A DNA stretch of 53,766 bases from a virus (lineage: Duplodnaviria > Caudoviricetes). Position 1 is the first letter of the stretch. Every line of letters begins with the position of its first letter. Position numbers and translations under genes: made by a program. The stretch covers positions 1-53,766 of IMG/VR virus record IMGVR_UViG_3300045125_000094; one strand, 5' to 3'. This document shows, in pieces, positions 28,494 to 40,148 of this stretch. Below the pieces are notes generated by a model, which saw nothing but the letters and a program-made list of their open reading frames with translations, was not told where the DNA came from and searched no databases.

Positions 28494-29915
28494 ATGAGCG
28501 AAAGCGATAAGAACAGTCCGGCATATCACAACGGCGCGCACGATGCGATGGAAGGCGCGTGGGATCTGATGGAGCATGTTTGCGCTGGCACAATCGCGGT
28601 GCGACAGCAGGGCCGCGTTTACCTGCCAATGGAGCCAGCCGAGGACGTGCGCGAGTATGAGCAGCGACTGCGACGCGCTCTTTTCTTCAACGCGACAGAG
28701 CGTACGCTCAACGCACTGGTCGGCATGGTCTTTCGCAAAGAGCCAAAGCTGTCAGCCGATGTTTTGCCGCCGGTAGTGGCACTCTGGGAGAATATCGATA
28801 ACGCGGGAACCCACGGCGCGGTCTTCGCCAAAGAAGCGTTCGCCAGCGCAATGAAGTACGGTCACGGGCTGATCTATGTTGACATGCCGCCGCCGCTGCC
28901 GCCCGGCTCAACTCTGGCGGACGAGCGTGCGGTTAATCGTCGACCGTACTGGGTCTTCTACGAGGCGGACCAGATCATCAACTGGCGCTACGAGACTGTC
29001 AACGGACAGTCAGTGCTGACGCTACTGGTACTCGAAGAGGAGACAACCGAGCCGGACGGCGAGTATGGCGGGTCGGAGGTCTGCCGGTATCGAGTGCTGC
29101 GGCCGGGATCGTGGCAGATCTATCGCGAGTACAAGTCAATCAGCGGCAAGATCGAGTACCTGCTCGAAGCCGAAGGGACGACGATACTGCCCATGATTCC
29201 TGTCGCACCGATCTACACGCGCCGCACGGGTAATCTGACGAGCAAGCCGTTTCTTCTGGATCTCGCGCTGCTCAACCTGACGCACTATCAGAAATATTCC
29301 GACTACTCGACCTATCTGCATATCGCGTCTCGGCCGGTCCTGTGGTTTCGCGGGCGGAATCAGGCGAAAGCGCTGGAGCCGATCGGGCCTTACACGTTCT
29401 TCGACGTGGATCAGGAAGGCGGCCACGTTGCCTTCGCGGAGACGACAGGCGCGGCGCTGGGCGCGGCGCGTACCGACCTCGAAGACCTGAAGACGCAAAT
29501 GGCGATCCTTGGCCTGTCGTTGCTGGCAGGGCCGTCACCTCAGCCCACGACCGCGACGGAGCAGATGATCTCTCGCGTGCAGTCGGACAGCGATCTGGCG
29601 ACAGCGGCGCGCTCGCTCAAGGACGCGCTGGAGCAGTGTTTTTATTTGACAGCGCTCTACCTGGGACTTGATAGCGGAGGATCGATCGAGCTGGAGTCAA
29701 TGTCTGACGGACTCTTTCTTCAGCCGGCGGATCTGCAAGCCTACAGCGCGATGGTCGCCAACGGTCAGCTGTCGCTGGAGACAATGTGGGCCGTGCTGGA
29801 GCGCGCCGGGCGACTGCCGGAGGACTTCGACGCCGAGATCGAGGCGCAGCGCATCTCGGAGCGTCAAACGAACCTCGGAGACGCGCTGCTGACGGCGTTC
29901 GACAAGGGGCAGTGA
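28494..29915 (+). CDS. Portal protein (DUF4055-type)
   Basis: YLP.EP.E....Y..RL.RA.FFN...RTL..LVG.VFRK.P; 473 aa; between terminase and scaffold. Confidence 0.9.
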   Translation: MSESDKNSPAYHNGAHDAMEGAWDLMEHVCAGTIAVRQQGRVYLPMEPAEDVREYEQRLRRALFFNATERTLNALVGMVFRKEPKLSADVLPPVVALWENIDNAGTHGAVFAKEAFASAMKYGHGLIYVDMPPPLPPGSTLADERAVNRRPYWVFYEADQIINWRYETVNGQSVLTLLVLEEETTEPDGEYGGSEVCRYRVLRPGSWQIYREYKSISGKIEYLLEAEGTTILPMIPVAPIYTRRTGNLTSKPFLLDLALLNLTHYQKYSDYSTYLHIASRPVLWFRGRNQAKALEPIGPYTFFDVDQEGGHVAFAETTGAALGAARTDLEDLKTQMAILGLSLLAGPSPQPTTATEQMISRVQSDSDLATAARSLKDALEQCFYLTALYLGLDSGGSIELESMSDGLFLQPADLQAYSAMVANGQLSLETMWAVLERAGRLPEDFDAEIEAQRISERQTNLGDALLTAFDKGQ

Positions 29916-29942
29916 AAATAAAATCGTGATATCGCCTATTCT
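29915..29942 (+). promoter_or_regulatory. Putative late promoter 3 (AAAATAAA-N14-TATTCT)
   Basis: Precedes scaffold/capsid. Confidence 0.6.
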
Positions 29943-29985
29943 GCATACGTACCGGGGGAACCGGGAATAACAACATCCGGGAGGG

Positions 29986-30795
29986 ATGATGCCAATAGAA
30001 CAGATCTTTGAGACGAGAGACGACGCGCCGGAGTTTCTGAGAGCCGCGCTGCTGGAGAAAGACGGGAAGTTTGTCTTTGCAGCCGAGACGGCACAGGAGA
30101 TCGGCGGACTCAAGAAAGCGCTCGACACTGAGCGTAAGCAGCGAGCGGAGGCCGAGAAGACGCTGAAGCAGTTTGAAGGCGTCGACCCTGAGAAGTACGC
30201 GGAGCTGATGAAGTCCCAGGAAGACGCGGCGGCACAGAAGCTGCGAGACTCGGGCGACTGGACGGCACGCGAGGCACAGCTGAGAGCGCAGCTTGAAGCG
30301 GATCTCAGGAAGCGCGAGACGCACTACACGGCCGAAGTGAACAGTCGCGATGCCCGGCTGGCGTTGATGCAGACGGCGCTCAACGGCGCGCTCATCAACT
30401 CGGAGGCGGTGGCCGCGATCACAGCCGCGAAGGGCGAGCCGGCGCTGCTGCTGCCGCACGTATTGCGGCAGACACGGATTACGGAGGAGGACGGGCAGTT
30501 TCGGGTGGAGGTGGTTGACGCGCAGGGACAGCCGCGCATCGCCGACATCAAGGGAACGCCTTTCTCGATCAAAAACCTGATCGAGGAGATGAAAGCCGAT
30601 CCGATTTACGGACGAGCATTTGAGGCGACTGGCGCGGGAGGCTCCGGGGCGCAAAACGGCAACAAGGCTGCCGGTAACGGCAAGAGCATTTCACGCGCCG
30701 CTTTTGATGCAATGGACCCTGCTGCGAGAGATGCAGCACATCAGGAGTGGCGGCAAAATTCACGATTAGGAGATGAATTATGGCCAATACTCTGA
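29986..30795 (+). CDS. Capsid scaffolding protein (C-terminus probably frameshifted)
   Basis: GLKKALDTER coiled coil, GAGGSGA linker, ISRAAFDAM tail; upstream of MCP. Confidence 0.8.
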   Translation: MMPIEQIFETRDDAPEFLRAALLEKDGKFVFAAETAQEIGGLKKALDTERKQRAEAEKTLKQFEGVDPEKYAELMKSQEDAAAQKLRDSGDWTAREAQLRAQLEADLRKRETHYTAEVNSRDARLALMQTALNGALINSEAVAAITAAKGEPALLLPHVLRQTRITEEDGQFRVEVVDAQGQPRIADIKGTPFSIKNLIEEMKADPIYGRAFEATGAGGSGAQNGNKAAGNGKSISRAAFDAMDPAARDAAHQEWRQNSRLGDELWPIL

Positions 30796-31946
30796 CCTCA
30801 GTCATCCCGGTAATCTACGAGGCGGCGGATATCGTCTCCCGTGAGCTTACCGGATTTATTCCCGCGGTATTCCGCAACTCGACCGCCGAGCGTGCGGCTC
30901 TCAATCAGACCGTCACCTACCCGATCGTTCCGACGATGGCGGCGGCGGACATCACTCCGGCGGCTACGTCTTCGGCCGGCACCGACATTACTGTCGGCAG
31001 CGGCTCGATGACGATCAGCAAGTCGCGCAAGGTCTCGTTCAACTGGACGGGTGAGGAGCAGACGGCGCTTGGCAATGGCGACCGTCCGCAAATTGCCAAC
31101 ATTCTGCGCGACCAGTTCGCTCAGGCGATGCGCACTCTCGTCAACGAGATCGAGGCAGATCTCTGGCGCGAGGCCTATCGCGGCTCTTCGCGTGCCTACG
31201 GTACGGCCGGAACCGCGCCATTCGGGACAGCGGCCGATCTCAGCGACTTCGCCGGCGTGCGTCAGATCCTCGACGACAACGGCGCTCCGCAGACCGATCT
31301 GCACCTTGTGATTGGGCTCGGCGGCGATGGCCAACCTGCGCGGCAAGCAGAGCGTGCTCTTCAAGGTCAACGAGGCCGGCACGGCTGACTTCCTGCGGAT
31401 GGGTACTGATCGGCGAGGTGATGGGTCTCGCGATTCACAACAGCTACCCGATCGCCGTTCACACGAAGGGCGGGGGCACGAGCTACCAGCTCAACCTCGG
31501 TGCAGGCTACGCCGTCGGCTCCACCTCGTTCGCGCTCGATACCGGAAGCGGAACGATCCTCGCTGGTGACATCCTGACCAACTCACAGGCTAGGTCGTGA
31601 CGCCAATAAGTATGTCGTCAACACGGCGCTTACTGGCGGGTCGGTTGTGATTGGCGCGCCGGGCAATCGAGTCGCGTGGGTCGACAACGACACCGTGGCG
31701 GTCGGCAACAGCTACACGCCGAACGTCGCCTTTCACCGTAACGCTGTCCACCTGATCACTCGCGCTCCGGCGATGCCGGCGGGCGGTGACAGCGCGGTCG
31801 ACGTGACTGAGATTACCGATCCGACGAGCAACCTCACCTTCCAGGTGGCGGTGTACCGTCAGTATCGGCAGATCAGCTACGAGGTCGGCGCTGCGTGGGG
31901 CGTCAAGGCGGTCAAGTCGGCGCACATCGCAACTCTCATCGGATAA
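30780..31946 (+). CDS. Major capsid protein (P22 coat-like); frameshifts at ~31310, ~31410 and ~31590
   Basis: MANTLT..IYEAADIVSRELTGFIPAV...; C-terminus LTFQVAVYRQYRQISYEVGAAWGVKAVK. Confidence 0.88.
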
Positions 31947-31949
31947 TCA

Positions 31950-32162
31950 ATGAAGCTGATCACGATCTTCAGGGAAGAGCCCGTCCACCCGGGCGGGCCT
32001 TCCACGATGGACATTCAGGAGCAGGATCTGGACGAGTTTCTCGCTCTCGGCTGGCGGGTGCAATCGACACCCGACGGCTGGGAGACTGAGATGTCGCCGG
32101 ACGAAACAGGAGACGATATGGGCATGAAGCCAAAACCGAAGCCGCGCAAACCGAAGTACTGA
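31950..32162 (+). CDS. Small head-associated protein
   Basis: Post-MCP position; basic KPKPRKPK tail. Confidence 0.55.
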   Translation: MKLITIFREEPVHPGGPSTMDIQEQDLDEFLALGWRVQSTPDGWETEMSPDETGDDMGMKPKPKPRKPKY

Positions 32163-32176
32163 CGCGAGGAGGCTAA

Positions 32177-32719
32177 ATGGCGATCGACGCGAGCAGCCTG
32201 ATCACGACCGTTGGCGGCGCTACCAGCAACAGCTATGTGACGTTGCAGGAGTTTGTCGACTACGCCGATCTGCGCCTGCACGTCGAAGAGTATCGCGTCG
32301 CCAATGCTGACGATCGAATCCGGGCTCTGGTGATGGCGGCGAAGCGCCTCAATCGCGAGAACTGGCTCGGGACACCGGTGTCGACGACGCAGGCTCTGGC
32401 GTGGCCTCGCTACGAGGTGCGCAAGCCTGATTACGTCCGCACCTACGGCTCGATCACAACCAGCGCGAATTACCAGTACTTCAACGACTTTTACCCGACA
32501 GACGAGATTCCTGTGATCATCAAAGAGGCGCAGTACGAGCTTGCTCTGGCGTATCTCAATGGCTTTGGGGCGGACAACGAACGAGGCATCGACCAGTTTC
32601 AGGCTGACGGGGTCTCGGTGAAGTTCAGTCCCAGGAGCGCGCAGAACGACCTGCTGCCGTCTCAGGTATCGCAGCTTATTGCGCCGCTGGTGCGAGGAAA
32701 CAGGCTGGTGCGCGGATGA
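32177..32719 (+). CDS. Head-tail adaptor (DnaT-like family)
   Basis: NSYVTL.E...Y...ALV.A...L....W.G......QALAWPR...IP..IK.AQ.ELA. Confidence 0.82.
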   Translation: MAIDASSLITTVGGATSNSYVTLQEFVDYADLRLHVEEYRVANADDRIRALVMAAKRLNRENWLGTPVSTTQALAWPRYEVRKPDYVRTYGSITTSANYQYFNDFYPTDEIPVIIKEAQYELALAYLNGFGADNERGIDQFQADGVSVKFSPRSAQNDLLPSQVSQLIAPLVRGNRLVRG

Positions 32720-33093
32720 GATCCTTGCTTGATGTGCGTACGCTGAATCAAATGCGTCGGACATTGTACGGACAATCAGCCTCGCTGACGTTCTACAAAA
32801 TGACTCCGGCGACAGGCGAAACGCCGGTGCTGGAGTTGACGAGCGGCTGGCACGCGCAGCGCAATGACCGCAAGTCGAGCGCGGCACGGGCGCTCACGAT
32901 CTGGGTAGCGTCAGCGGCGACCGAGGCGGATCTGGACTCGGATCTGCACACCGGAGCAAAGGTGACGATCATCTGCGGCGGACGCACGCAGTCTTATCGC
33001 ATCAACGGCATTCTGCCAATGGCGCAAATCGGCGCAGGGTGGGTGCTCGAATGCGACCCGGCGGAGACCAGTACGGATCCTGACAATGGCTGA
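32716..33093 (+). CDS. Head closure/stopper-like protein
   Basis: Synteny and ATGA coupling. Confidence 0.6.
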   Translation: MRSLLDVRTLNQMRRTLYGQSASLTFYKMTPATGETPVLELTSGWHAQRNDRKSSAARALTIWVASAATEADLDSDLHTGAKVTIICGGRTQSYRINGILPMAQIGAGWVLECDPAETSTDPDNG

Positions 33094-33496
33094 CAATACT
33101 CTGACAATCGACGTTGAAGTGGATCCCGGGCTGGTCGAGACAGTCACAGGGCAGGTGTCACCGATTCTGCAACGGCTGGTGATCGGCATTGTGCAGCATG
33201 CGAAGCTGGCAATGGCGCAGCCTAAAACAGGGCGCGCATACAGAGTAGGGCGCAATCGGATCCATATAGCGTCAGCCCCGGGAGAGGCGCCGGCAGTGGA
33301 TACAGGCTTTCTCACCAACTCGATCAATTGGCAGATCGTTGACCCGCTCAATGCGCAGGTGACGATCGCGGCCGAGTACGCGCCATATCTGGAGTTCGGG
33401 ACAAGGCGAATGTTGCGCCGGCCTTACGTTGAGCCGGCGATCAACGACTCGCTGAGACGCAATGGCATTCTGGCGAACGTGAGGGTGACGCGATGA
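33086..33496 (+). CDS. HK97 gp10-like tail completion protein
   Basis: ASAPGEAPAVDTGFLTNSI...EYAPYLEFGTRRM..RPY..PA. Confidence 0.88.
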   Translation: MADNTLTIDVEVDPGLVETVTGQVSPILQRLVIGIVQHAKLAMAQPKTGRAYRVGRNRIHIASAPGEAPAVDTGFLTNSINWQIVDPLNAQVTIAAEYAPYLEFGTRRMLRRPYVEPAINDSLRRNGILANVRVTR

Positions 33497-33948
33497 CCTA
33501 CACCGACGCGCAGGTGCGCACGGCCATCGAGACAGTCATACAGACGGCGGCTCCGCTGGCGGTGGTCTATCCGTGGTGGGTGCTTGGCGCGAAACAGGAC
33601 ATCTGGCCGGGCCTCGTCAGATCCGCCTCGGACGGCAATCGCGCTCACGGCTATGTCTTCACCCGGTCGCGAGACGAGGGTATCGAGAAGGCTATGCGCT
33701 GTGTCGATCATTTGTGGACGTACGATCTGATGGGCTTCCACTACTACTCGACCGGCACGAAGGCAGCCAACACGGACCTGACGTTCAATGCCGAGCTGGA
33801 CGCGATCGCTGCCGCTTTTGACGATGTCGCATCACTGCCGGCCGCGCTCAAACGACGCCAGCCGCTGCAATGGAACGTCGATCTTAATGTTTACGGGGGC
33901 GAACTACTGCATTTCGCCGTCGGCTCACTCACGATTGAAGCGTGTTAG
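33493..33948 (+). CDS. Tail terminator-like protein
   Basis: Synteny between the gp10-like gene and tail tube. Confidence 0.6.
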   Translation: MTYTDAQVRTAIETVIQTAAPLAVVYPWWVLGAKQDIWPGLVRSASDGNRAHGYVFTRSRDEGIEKAMRCVDHLWTYDLMGFHYYSTGTKAANTDLTFNAELDAIAAAFDDVASLPAALKRRQPLQWNVDLNVYGGELLHFAVGSLTIEAC

Positions 33949-33958
33949 GAGGTGATCA

Positions 33959-35035
33959 ATGCCGCAGTATCTGATAAATGACGTCGCCCTCTACGTCAGC
34001 AAAACCAAAGAGGAAGCTACAACGCCGCCATCACGGGCGGCTCGAACTACGCGAAGATTCGCACGCAGCAGCCGGCCTACGTGTTGCCACAAATCGAGTT
34101 TATCAACGACGCCGGAGTGCCGGGCAACGGTCACGAGTTCGCGACTACCTGGTGCGAGACATATCTGTCGCAACCGGCGTTCAGCTTCAGCGATGATATT
34201 AACTTCGGCATTGCGGGCCGACTGGCGCTGCGAGCTCTGGGCGGGTCAGTGACGACGGCGCAGCAGGGTGGCACGACCGCCTACAAACACTCGTGCAATA
34301 TGCTCCCCGTTGCCAGTGGTCGCCAGCTGCCATCGTTCGCGATGGCTGCCGAGCTGGGCGGGGCGAGCTACCTGATGAACGGTATGGTGGTCGAGCGGTT
34401 CCGCATCAGTCAGAATCGCGCGGATCGGCCTCAGTACTCCGCCGACATTGTCGGCTCAGGCAAGTTCACGACACCGCACGGGCTGACCTCGCTGCCGTCG
34501 TCAATGGATCTCGCCAGCTGCCTCAACGGCAACGCGAGCGAGGTCTACTGGACGAGACTCCAGCGGGACGACGACCTTTTCCGGCGCGAGCTGCACGCTT
34601 CGGTCGTGGTTTGTCGAGGTCTCGAACAACCTGCGACTCAACGACCGCTGTCCGGGTGACAGCACTCAGGCGCTGACCTACAACTCGACAACGACCAACC
34701 CTGCCTACGTCGGCAAGATCCTGCGCGGCAATCGCGTCGTGACAGCGCAGATTCAGATTCTGCTCGACTCGACCGTGGTGCCGTGGGAGCGCTACGTCAC
34801 CGGACAGGAGTTGACGAGCGTGACATTCAAGGCGCAGAGCAGCGCCGAGGCCGGCACGGCCTACAAGTACACTGTCAACTACATCATCCCGAAGGCGCGG
34901 ATTCAGTCGGTCGAGCCGGCGGAGAACGACGGCGACGCGGCGCTGACGATTAATCTCGTGGGAATGTACGACAGCGTCAGTGGCGGCGCTCTCAAGGCCG
35001 AGGTCATCAATCAGGAGACGACGGCTTATGCCTAA
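33959..35035 (+). CDS. Major tail tube protein (frameshifts at ~34015 and ~34555)
   Basis: Pieces 33959-, 34081-34659 and 34739-35035; AGGAGG RBS; beta-rich; no sheath gene seen. Confidence 0.75.
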
Positions 35036-35267
35036 ACGTGATTTCACCGAGGAGCCAACAGTCGAGGTCACGCCGGGCGCGAAGCCCGACTTCGACTTCA
35101 CGATCGAGGTTGAGGTGATGGACTCGCTGACACGTGAGGCCTATTACCGGGTGCAGCGGATCGCGATCCTGCGCGGCGACGCGTCGCTTCTTCCTGACGG
35201 CAAAACGATGAGTCGTGAGGAGGTCGGGCGATGATCGGCAGCGAGATTGGCGACATGAAGGTGGCGC

Positions 35268-35504
35268 GTGCGTGTTGTTCATAAACTGCGGCTGTTTGCG
35301 AGGGCGCTTTGGTCGCTGAGACTTGGCGACACGACGCTCAACGTGCAGCGAGCGCGAATGACGGTCTGCGAGTCGTGCGTGTTTATGCAGCGAACGGCTC
35401 GCAATTACTTTTGCACTGAATGCGGATGCCCGGAGTCAATGCTCTCGGATCTGCGAACCAAGACACGAATGCGGGGCACATCGTGCCCTCGCGGCAAGTG
35501 GTGA
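35268..35504 (+). CDS. Small Cys-rich protein
   Basis: RMTVCESC...CTECGC.....K......CPRGKW. Confidence 0.6.
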   Translation: MRVVHKLRLFARALWSLRLGDTTLNVQRARMTVCESCVFMQRTARNYFCTECGCPESMLSDLRTKTRMRGTSCPRGKW

Positions 35505-35512
35505 GGAGGACC

Positions 35513-36259
35513 ATGAGCGAACTTTACCCATTCGACCCTGAATTTATCGAGGTCAGTTTTAATGCGATGCCTGGGGCGGACGAGCCTGTCATCGTCGCGC
35601 ACAAGCTGCGAAAGCCGACAGTGGCGCAGCTGCTGGAGCGCGAAAAAGGCGTACAGGTGACGATCCGCGAGCTGACGCCGCGCGAGGAGCACATCGAGGT
35701 CACTGAGGAGGCGGCGAACATCGCCCTCTGGAACGACATCATTGTCGCCGTCAAGGGTTATCGCGACAAACCGGAATGGACGCCTCTCGATGACAGCGAA
35801 AAGCAGATGATGCGCGCGGCGCACAAGGTCGCGGCGATCCGGGCGATGTACACGGGCGCGGTCTCGGTGGTTGGCGGGGAGAGCGAGGTCAGTATTGGCG
35901 GCGACGAGTGGACGATCCGCCAGACGATCGGGCCCGATCCGGACAGTCCGCGCTTTACGATCGATCATATTCTGCGAGAACCGAGCGAGTCAGAGCGCGC
36001 CGCGTTTCGCAAACGCGCGTCGAAGGTCAGCTTCGTGCGAGGGTCACGGCGACCGCAGACGCGAATCTCGGTGGATCTCGGTGCCTACATTCAGTTGTAT
36101 GACTCGCTGATCATCGACGTGCAGGGCGCGACGGTGGGCGGTGAGCCGTTCTTCCCGGAGGGCGCGCGCGCGGCATTTATCGCGGCGATCGATCCAACAT
36201 GGAAGCGGCAGGTGGTGCAGAAGCTGATGGACGCGATTGAGGCCGCACTGCTGGACTGA
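35513..36259 (+). CDS. Tail assembly chaperone (G-like)
   Basis: ATG after GAGGAGG; between tail tube and tape measure. Confidence 0.65.
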   Translation: MSELYPFDPEFIEVSFNAMPGADEPVIVAHKLRKPTVAQLLEREKGVQVTIRELTPREEHIEVTEEAANIALWNDIIVAVKGYRDKPEWTPLDDSEKQMMRAAHKVAAIRAMYTGAVSVVGGESEVSIGGDEWTIRQTIGPDPDSPRFTIDHILREPSESERAAFRKRASKVSFVRGSRRPQTRISVDLGAYIQLYDSLIIDVQGATVGGEPFFPEGARAAFIAAIDPTWKRQVVQKLMDAIEAALLD

Positions 36260-36267
36260 TCAACGGC

Positions 36268-36657
36268 TTGGAACGGTATTTCGATGCGCAGATCCAAGCC
36301 GCAAGACGAGTCGGATCTCAGCCCTGCCCGGGCGAGGAGATATGTCAACAGATCGGCCCGCTGGCGCAGTATGCGAATCAGCCAGTCGAAGAGGTGTGCG
36401 GCGGCTGCTCGAAGCGTGACACGAAGCCCGGGCAGCAGCCGCGCGCAATCTCAGACGCGATCGCGGAGGCGCTGACGCTCGACGAACTGAGAGGCGTTGG
36501 CGCGACCTTTGCTTATCCTGACGGGCTGTCGGTCTATCAGTGGACCTGCCTGAAGGCGCTGGAGAGATCAAGGCATCGCGAAAAGGAGAAGCAGGCGGCA
36601 CAGCAGCAGGCGTCAGCAGAGCAGGCACGGTTGCAGGCGCGAATGGGCGGGAGGTAG
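36268..36657 (+). CDS. Second tail assembly chaperone segment (T-like)
   Basis: Open in the -1 frame across the upstream stop, no clear RBS; directly before tape measure. Confidence 0.55.
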   Translation: MERYFDAQIQAARRVGSQPCPGEEICQQIGPLAQYANQPVEEVCGGCSKRDTKPGQQPRAISDAIAEALTLDELRGVGATFAYPDGLSVYQWTCLKALERSRHREKEKQAAQQQASAEQARLQARMGGR

Positions 36658-36660
36658 TCA

Positions 36661-39600
36661 ATGGCAAGCGGCAGCGGCATCACACTCAACTTGCAGCTCA
36701 ATACTTCTCAAATCCGCAGCGCTGCTAACAGTGCGGCACGGGACATCGAAGGGGCGCTTGATGGAGCGGGAAATGCGGCAGAGCGCACGGGCCGACGCAT
36801 TCGTAACGGGCTCACCGGACCGCTCATCGATGCCGCGCGTCAGGCGGCCAGCGCCTTCAGCAGCGCTGGACAGAAACTGACGATCGGTCTCAGTCTTCCG
36901 CTCGCCGGTCTCGGCGCGGCTGCGCTCAAGGCAGCGGCGGATATCGACAAATCGCGACAGACGCTCGCGGCGCTGACAGGTTCGGTGGATGCTGCGAATC
37001 GCAAGCTGACCGAGCTGCGACAGCTGGCGCAGACGAGCCCGGGTGTCACTACAGCATTCGCCGCGGATCTCTTTGCTCAATTTAAGGCGGTTGGCGGCAT
37101 TGCCGATCAGACGATCAATCGCGTTATTCAATCAATCGGGCGGCTCAACTCGGTCTTTACACTGCAAGATCCAAAGCAGTTTGCGCGAAATATTCAACAG
37201 ATCTTTACGCAGGGCTTTGAGCGTGCCGACATTAAAGAGGCGCTCGGGCAGGTGCCGATCTTCGAGCAGCTGCTGGAGCAGGCATTCGGGACGAAGGACG
37301 CAGCCAAACTGCGAGCGCTCAAGGAGGCCGGCAAGCTGACGATCAATCAGTTTGTGGACGGGCTGAGCACGGCGATAACGACGGATCCGCGATTCGCGAA
37401 CGTGCAGGAGTCAATCCTGTCGCGATTCCAGAAGACAAAGGACGAGATCCTTGTCGCGCTCGCGCCGCTCGGTGAGTCGATCCTGCGAACACTGACGCCA
37501 GTACTGGAGCGAGTCATCCCCAAGGTGCTGGAGATGCTCGACGCCTTCGTCGAAGCTGCCGCCGGGCGTGCAGGAGGCGATTGTTATGTTTGGATTACTG
37601 GCTCTCGCACTAGGCCCTGTATTGTCAGGCGTTGGCAACCTGATCGAGCTGTTCGCGCTCGCTCGCTGGTTTGATTAGTGGCGCTCGCGGTTTAGCGCCA
37701 GCGCTGAGCTGGCCTTGGTCCCGTTCTTGGCGGTATTGGTCTGGCTGCTCGTCGGTGGCGCGATTCTCTGGTACGAGTACGGGCAAGCAGTCGACAAGGT
37801 AACGGCGCAAGCCGATTTAGCGCTGCGTCGGCAGCGTGAGGCGACAGGCGAATTTCGCGACCTGCAAGGGAATCGTGTCACAAGGTTCGGAGGGCGATTC
37901 ATCGACGCGCAGGAAGTGCAGACTCGTCAATTCTTGGGACGCAATAACGCGCTGTCGGTGAATTTTAATCAGATCGACCCTCTCACAGGTCAGACAAAAG
38001 GCGCAGCGGTCAAAAATCTTGTTGTCTCCGGCAATGAATCCAAGTCAACCACGCAAACGATTACCGAAGTCGACCGGTTGCGCGAGCGGCTGAAAGAACT
38101 CAATCGCGAAATCAAAGTTCTGGGCGACGCGAATAGTCAGGAGTTCAAGCTGCGCATTCAGGTCGACGAAGCCGAGGAGACGCGCAAGATCCTGCAAGAG
38201 CTGATCGATCTGCGGAGAGAGCTGCTGCTGCCACTGGACGCGCCGATCACCAACGCGCGCAGAGAGCTGGAGACGCTTAAGCGCGCACAGGAGGGCTCAA
38301 GCGCACACCACCGGTGGCGGTACTGGCAGGCGGCGATCTGCGAGGGCCGGGGCTCTCCGCGCTCGATACTCCGCCCGCTCCTGTGGCGACAAACGTCGAG
38401 CGACAGGCCGCGGCGACGCTGGAAATCCGGCGACAGCAGGCGGCTGTCGAGAACGCGATAAATCAGGGATTACTGACCCGGGCCGAAGGGCAGCAGCAAC
38501 TCAACGCGCTGTTGCGACAGGAGTCGGAACTGCGAATTGCCGCCCTACAGGCGGAGCGGGAGCGACCGGGGATCACGATCGATCAGATCGCGCAGATTGA
38601 TCTGGAGATCGAGCGACTCAAAACGCTCGGCGTCGAGCTGACGGCGGCGCAGCGATTTATGCGCGGGTTCGGGTCGGAGGTTGAGTCGACGGGAGACGCG
38701 TTTGAGCGACTCGGACAGAATATCAGCCGATCGTTCGCCAACGTCAAAGGACTGCTCGACAACCTCAAGCAGTCGTTCCTGACGTTCTTTCGCGATCTGC
38801 TCGGGCAGGGCTTGCAGCGCGTCTTCGGTCAGCTCTTTGGCGCGATCACGGGCGCGATTGGTGGCGGCGGGCGGGCCTCTGGTGGCATTTTGGGTGGCGG
38901 TGGCGGCGGTGGTATAGGCGGCGCGATCACGGGCGGTCTGGGGGCAATCTTTGGCGGAGGTGGCGGAGGTGGACTTGGCGCGTTCCTGACGCCAGGTTTC
39001 GGCGGAGGTTTTCCTGCGATCGGCGCAGGTCTCGGAGCCGCAGCAACTCTCGGGACGCTCGGCGGATTACCGATCGCCAACACTTCAGCGATAGGGGCGG
39101 CGGGAGCAGCCGGGATCTTTGGCCGGACGGCGACAACAGCAGGCGCGGCTGTTGGTCTCGCCGGACTCTTTCGCGGCATTGGCTTCGGGCGAGCGGCCGG
39201 CACGGGGGCGCGTTCGCCGCTCTCGCCCCGCTGCTCGGCGTTCAGCTCGGCGCGGGCCTCGGTGGTCGGTCGCGTCTCGGTCAGATCCTTGGCGGTGTGG
39301 GCGGCGCGGCTCTTGGCATAGGTCTTACGGCTGCCCCGGCGGCGCTGGCAGCTGGCGGCGCTCTGGCCGGATCGCTCGGTTTTCTCGCACCGCTATTCTC
39401 GAATCCGATCACCGCGGTGGTCGGCGCGGCGCTGCTGGCCGGATCTCTCCTCCTGGGACGAGCCCGGCAGCGCCGCAGTGACGAAGAGCAATCTGGCGTC
39501 TGGTTGCAGGACGCCATCAATCAGGTGATGTCGCTCAAATCGTCAGCCGCCGCGGGACAGGTGACAGTTGATCAGGCACGATCCATCTTCGAGGGACAGA

Positions 39601-40148
39601 TCCTTGCCACGTTCATTGCGCAGATCAATACGCTCAAGACAAAGTCGGTGCGCGAGTCGCGTCTGACAAATCAGGTGCGGGATCTTCGCAATCTCTTCGA
39701 CTCTCAGGTGGTTCCGGCGGCGGCGGGCGCAGCAAAGCGCGGCTCGATCGCGAATCTGATTCCTGAGTTTGCCACAGGTGGCGTCGTGCGGGGCATTGAT
39801 CGCGGCTATGACTCAGTGATGGCCTACGTGCGGCCGGGAGAGATGGTACTGACGCGAGATCAGCAGTCGACCATTCAGCGAACAGCCGGCTACGACGTCT
39901 TCGCCCGGGCGGGAGTGCCTGACGCGCCACAGTCGCAGGTTGGCGGAGCGCCGGCGTTCGCCTCGGGCGGGGTTATGCCAATGCGGGGGATCGCGCCGGA
40001 CGAGCCGATTCAGATCGATCTTGCGGTCAACCTGGCGATCGGTCGACAGGAAGCGGGACAGATTGTCAGCGTCGGCGCTGCCACGGGCACAGGACGCCGC
40101 GTTGTCGTCAACCAGGTGCGCAAAGCGCGTCTTGATCGGGAGCTGTAA
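36661..40148 (+). CDS. Tape measure protein (~1160 aa; several frameshifts)
   Basis: GQKLTIGLSLPLAGLGAAALKAA, Ala/Gly-rich TM stretches, FATGGVV...MAYVRPGEMVL; four consecutive ORF pieces. Confidence 0.88.

Noticed and set aside
29617-30654. Long antisense ORFs (e.g. 29617-30654, 9951-10883, 32015-32887, 46421-47314)
   Set aside because: Shadow ORFs of GC-rich genes on the opposite strand, with no motifs or RBS
38860-39010. GGT/GGC-rich tract as a regulatory repeat or G-quadruplex (also 44600-44690)
   Set aside because: Explained by poly-Gly coding in the tape measure and hub proteins
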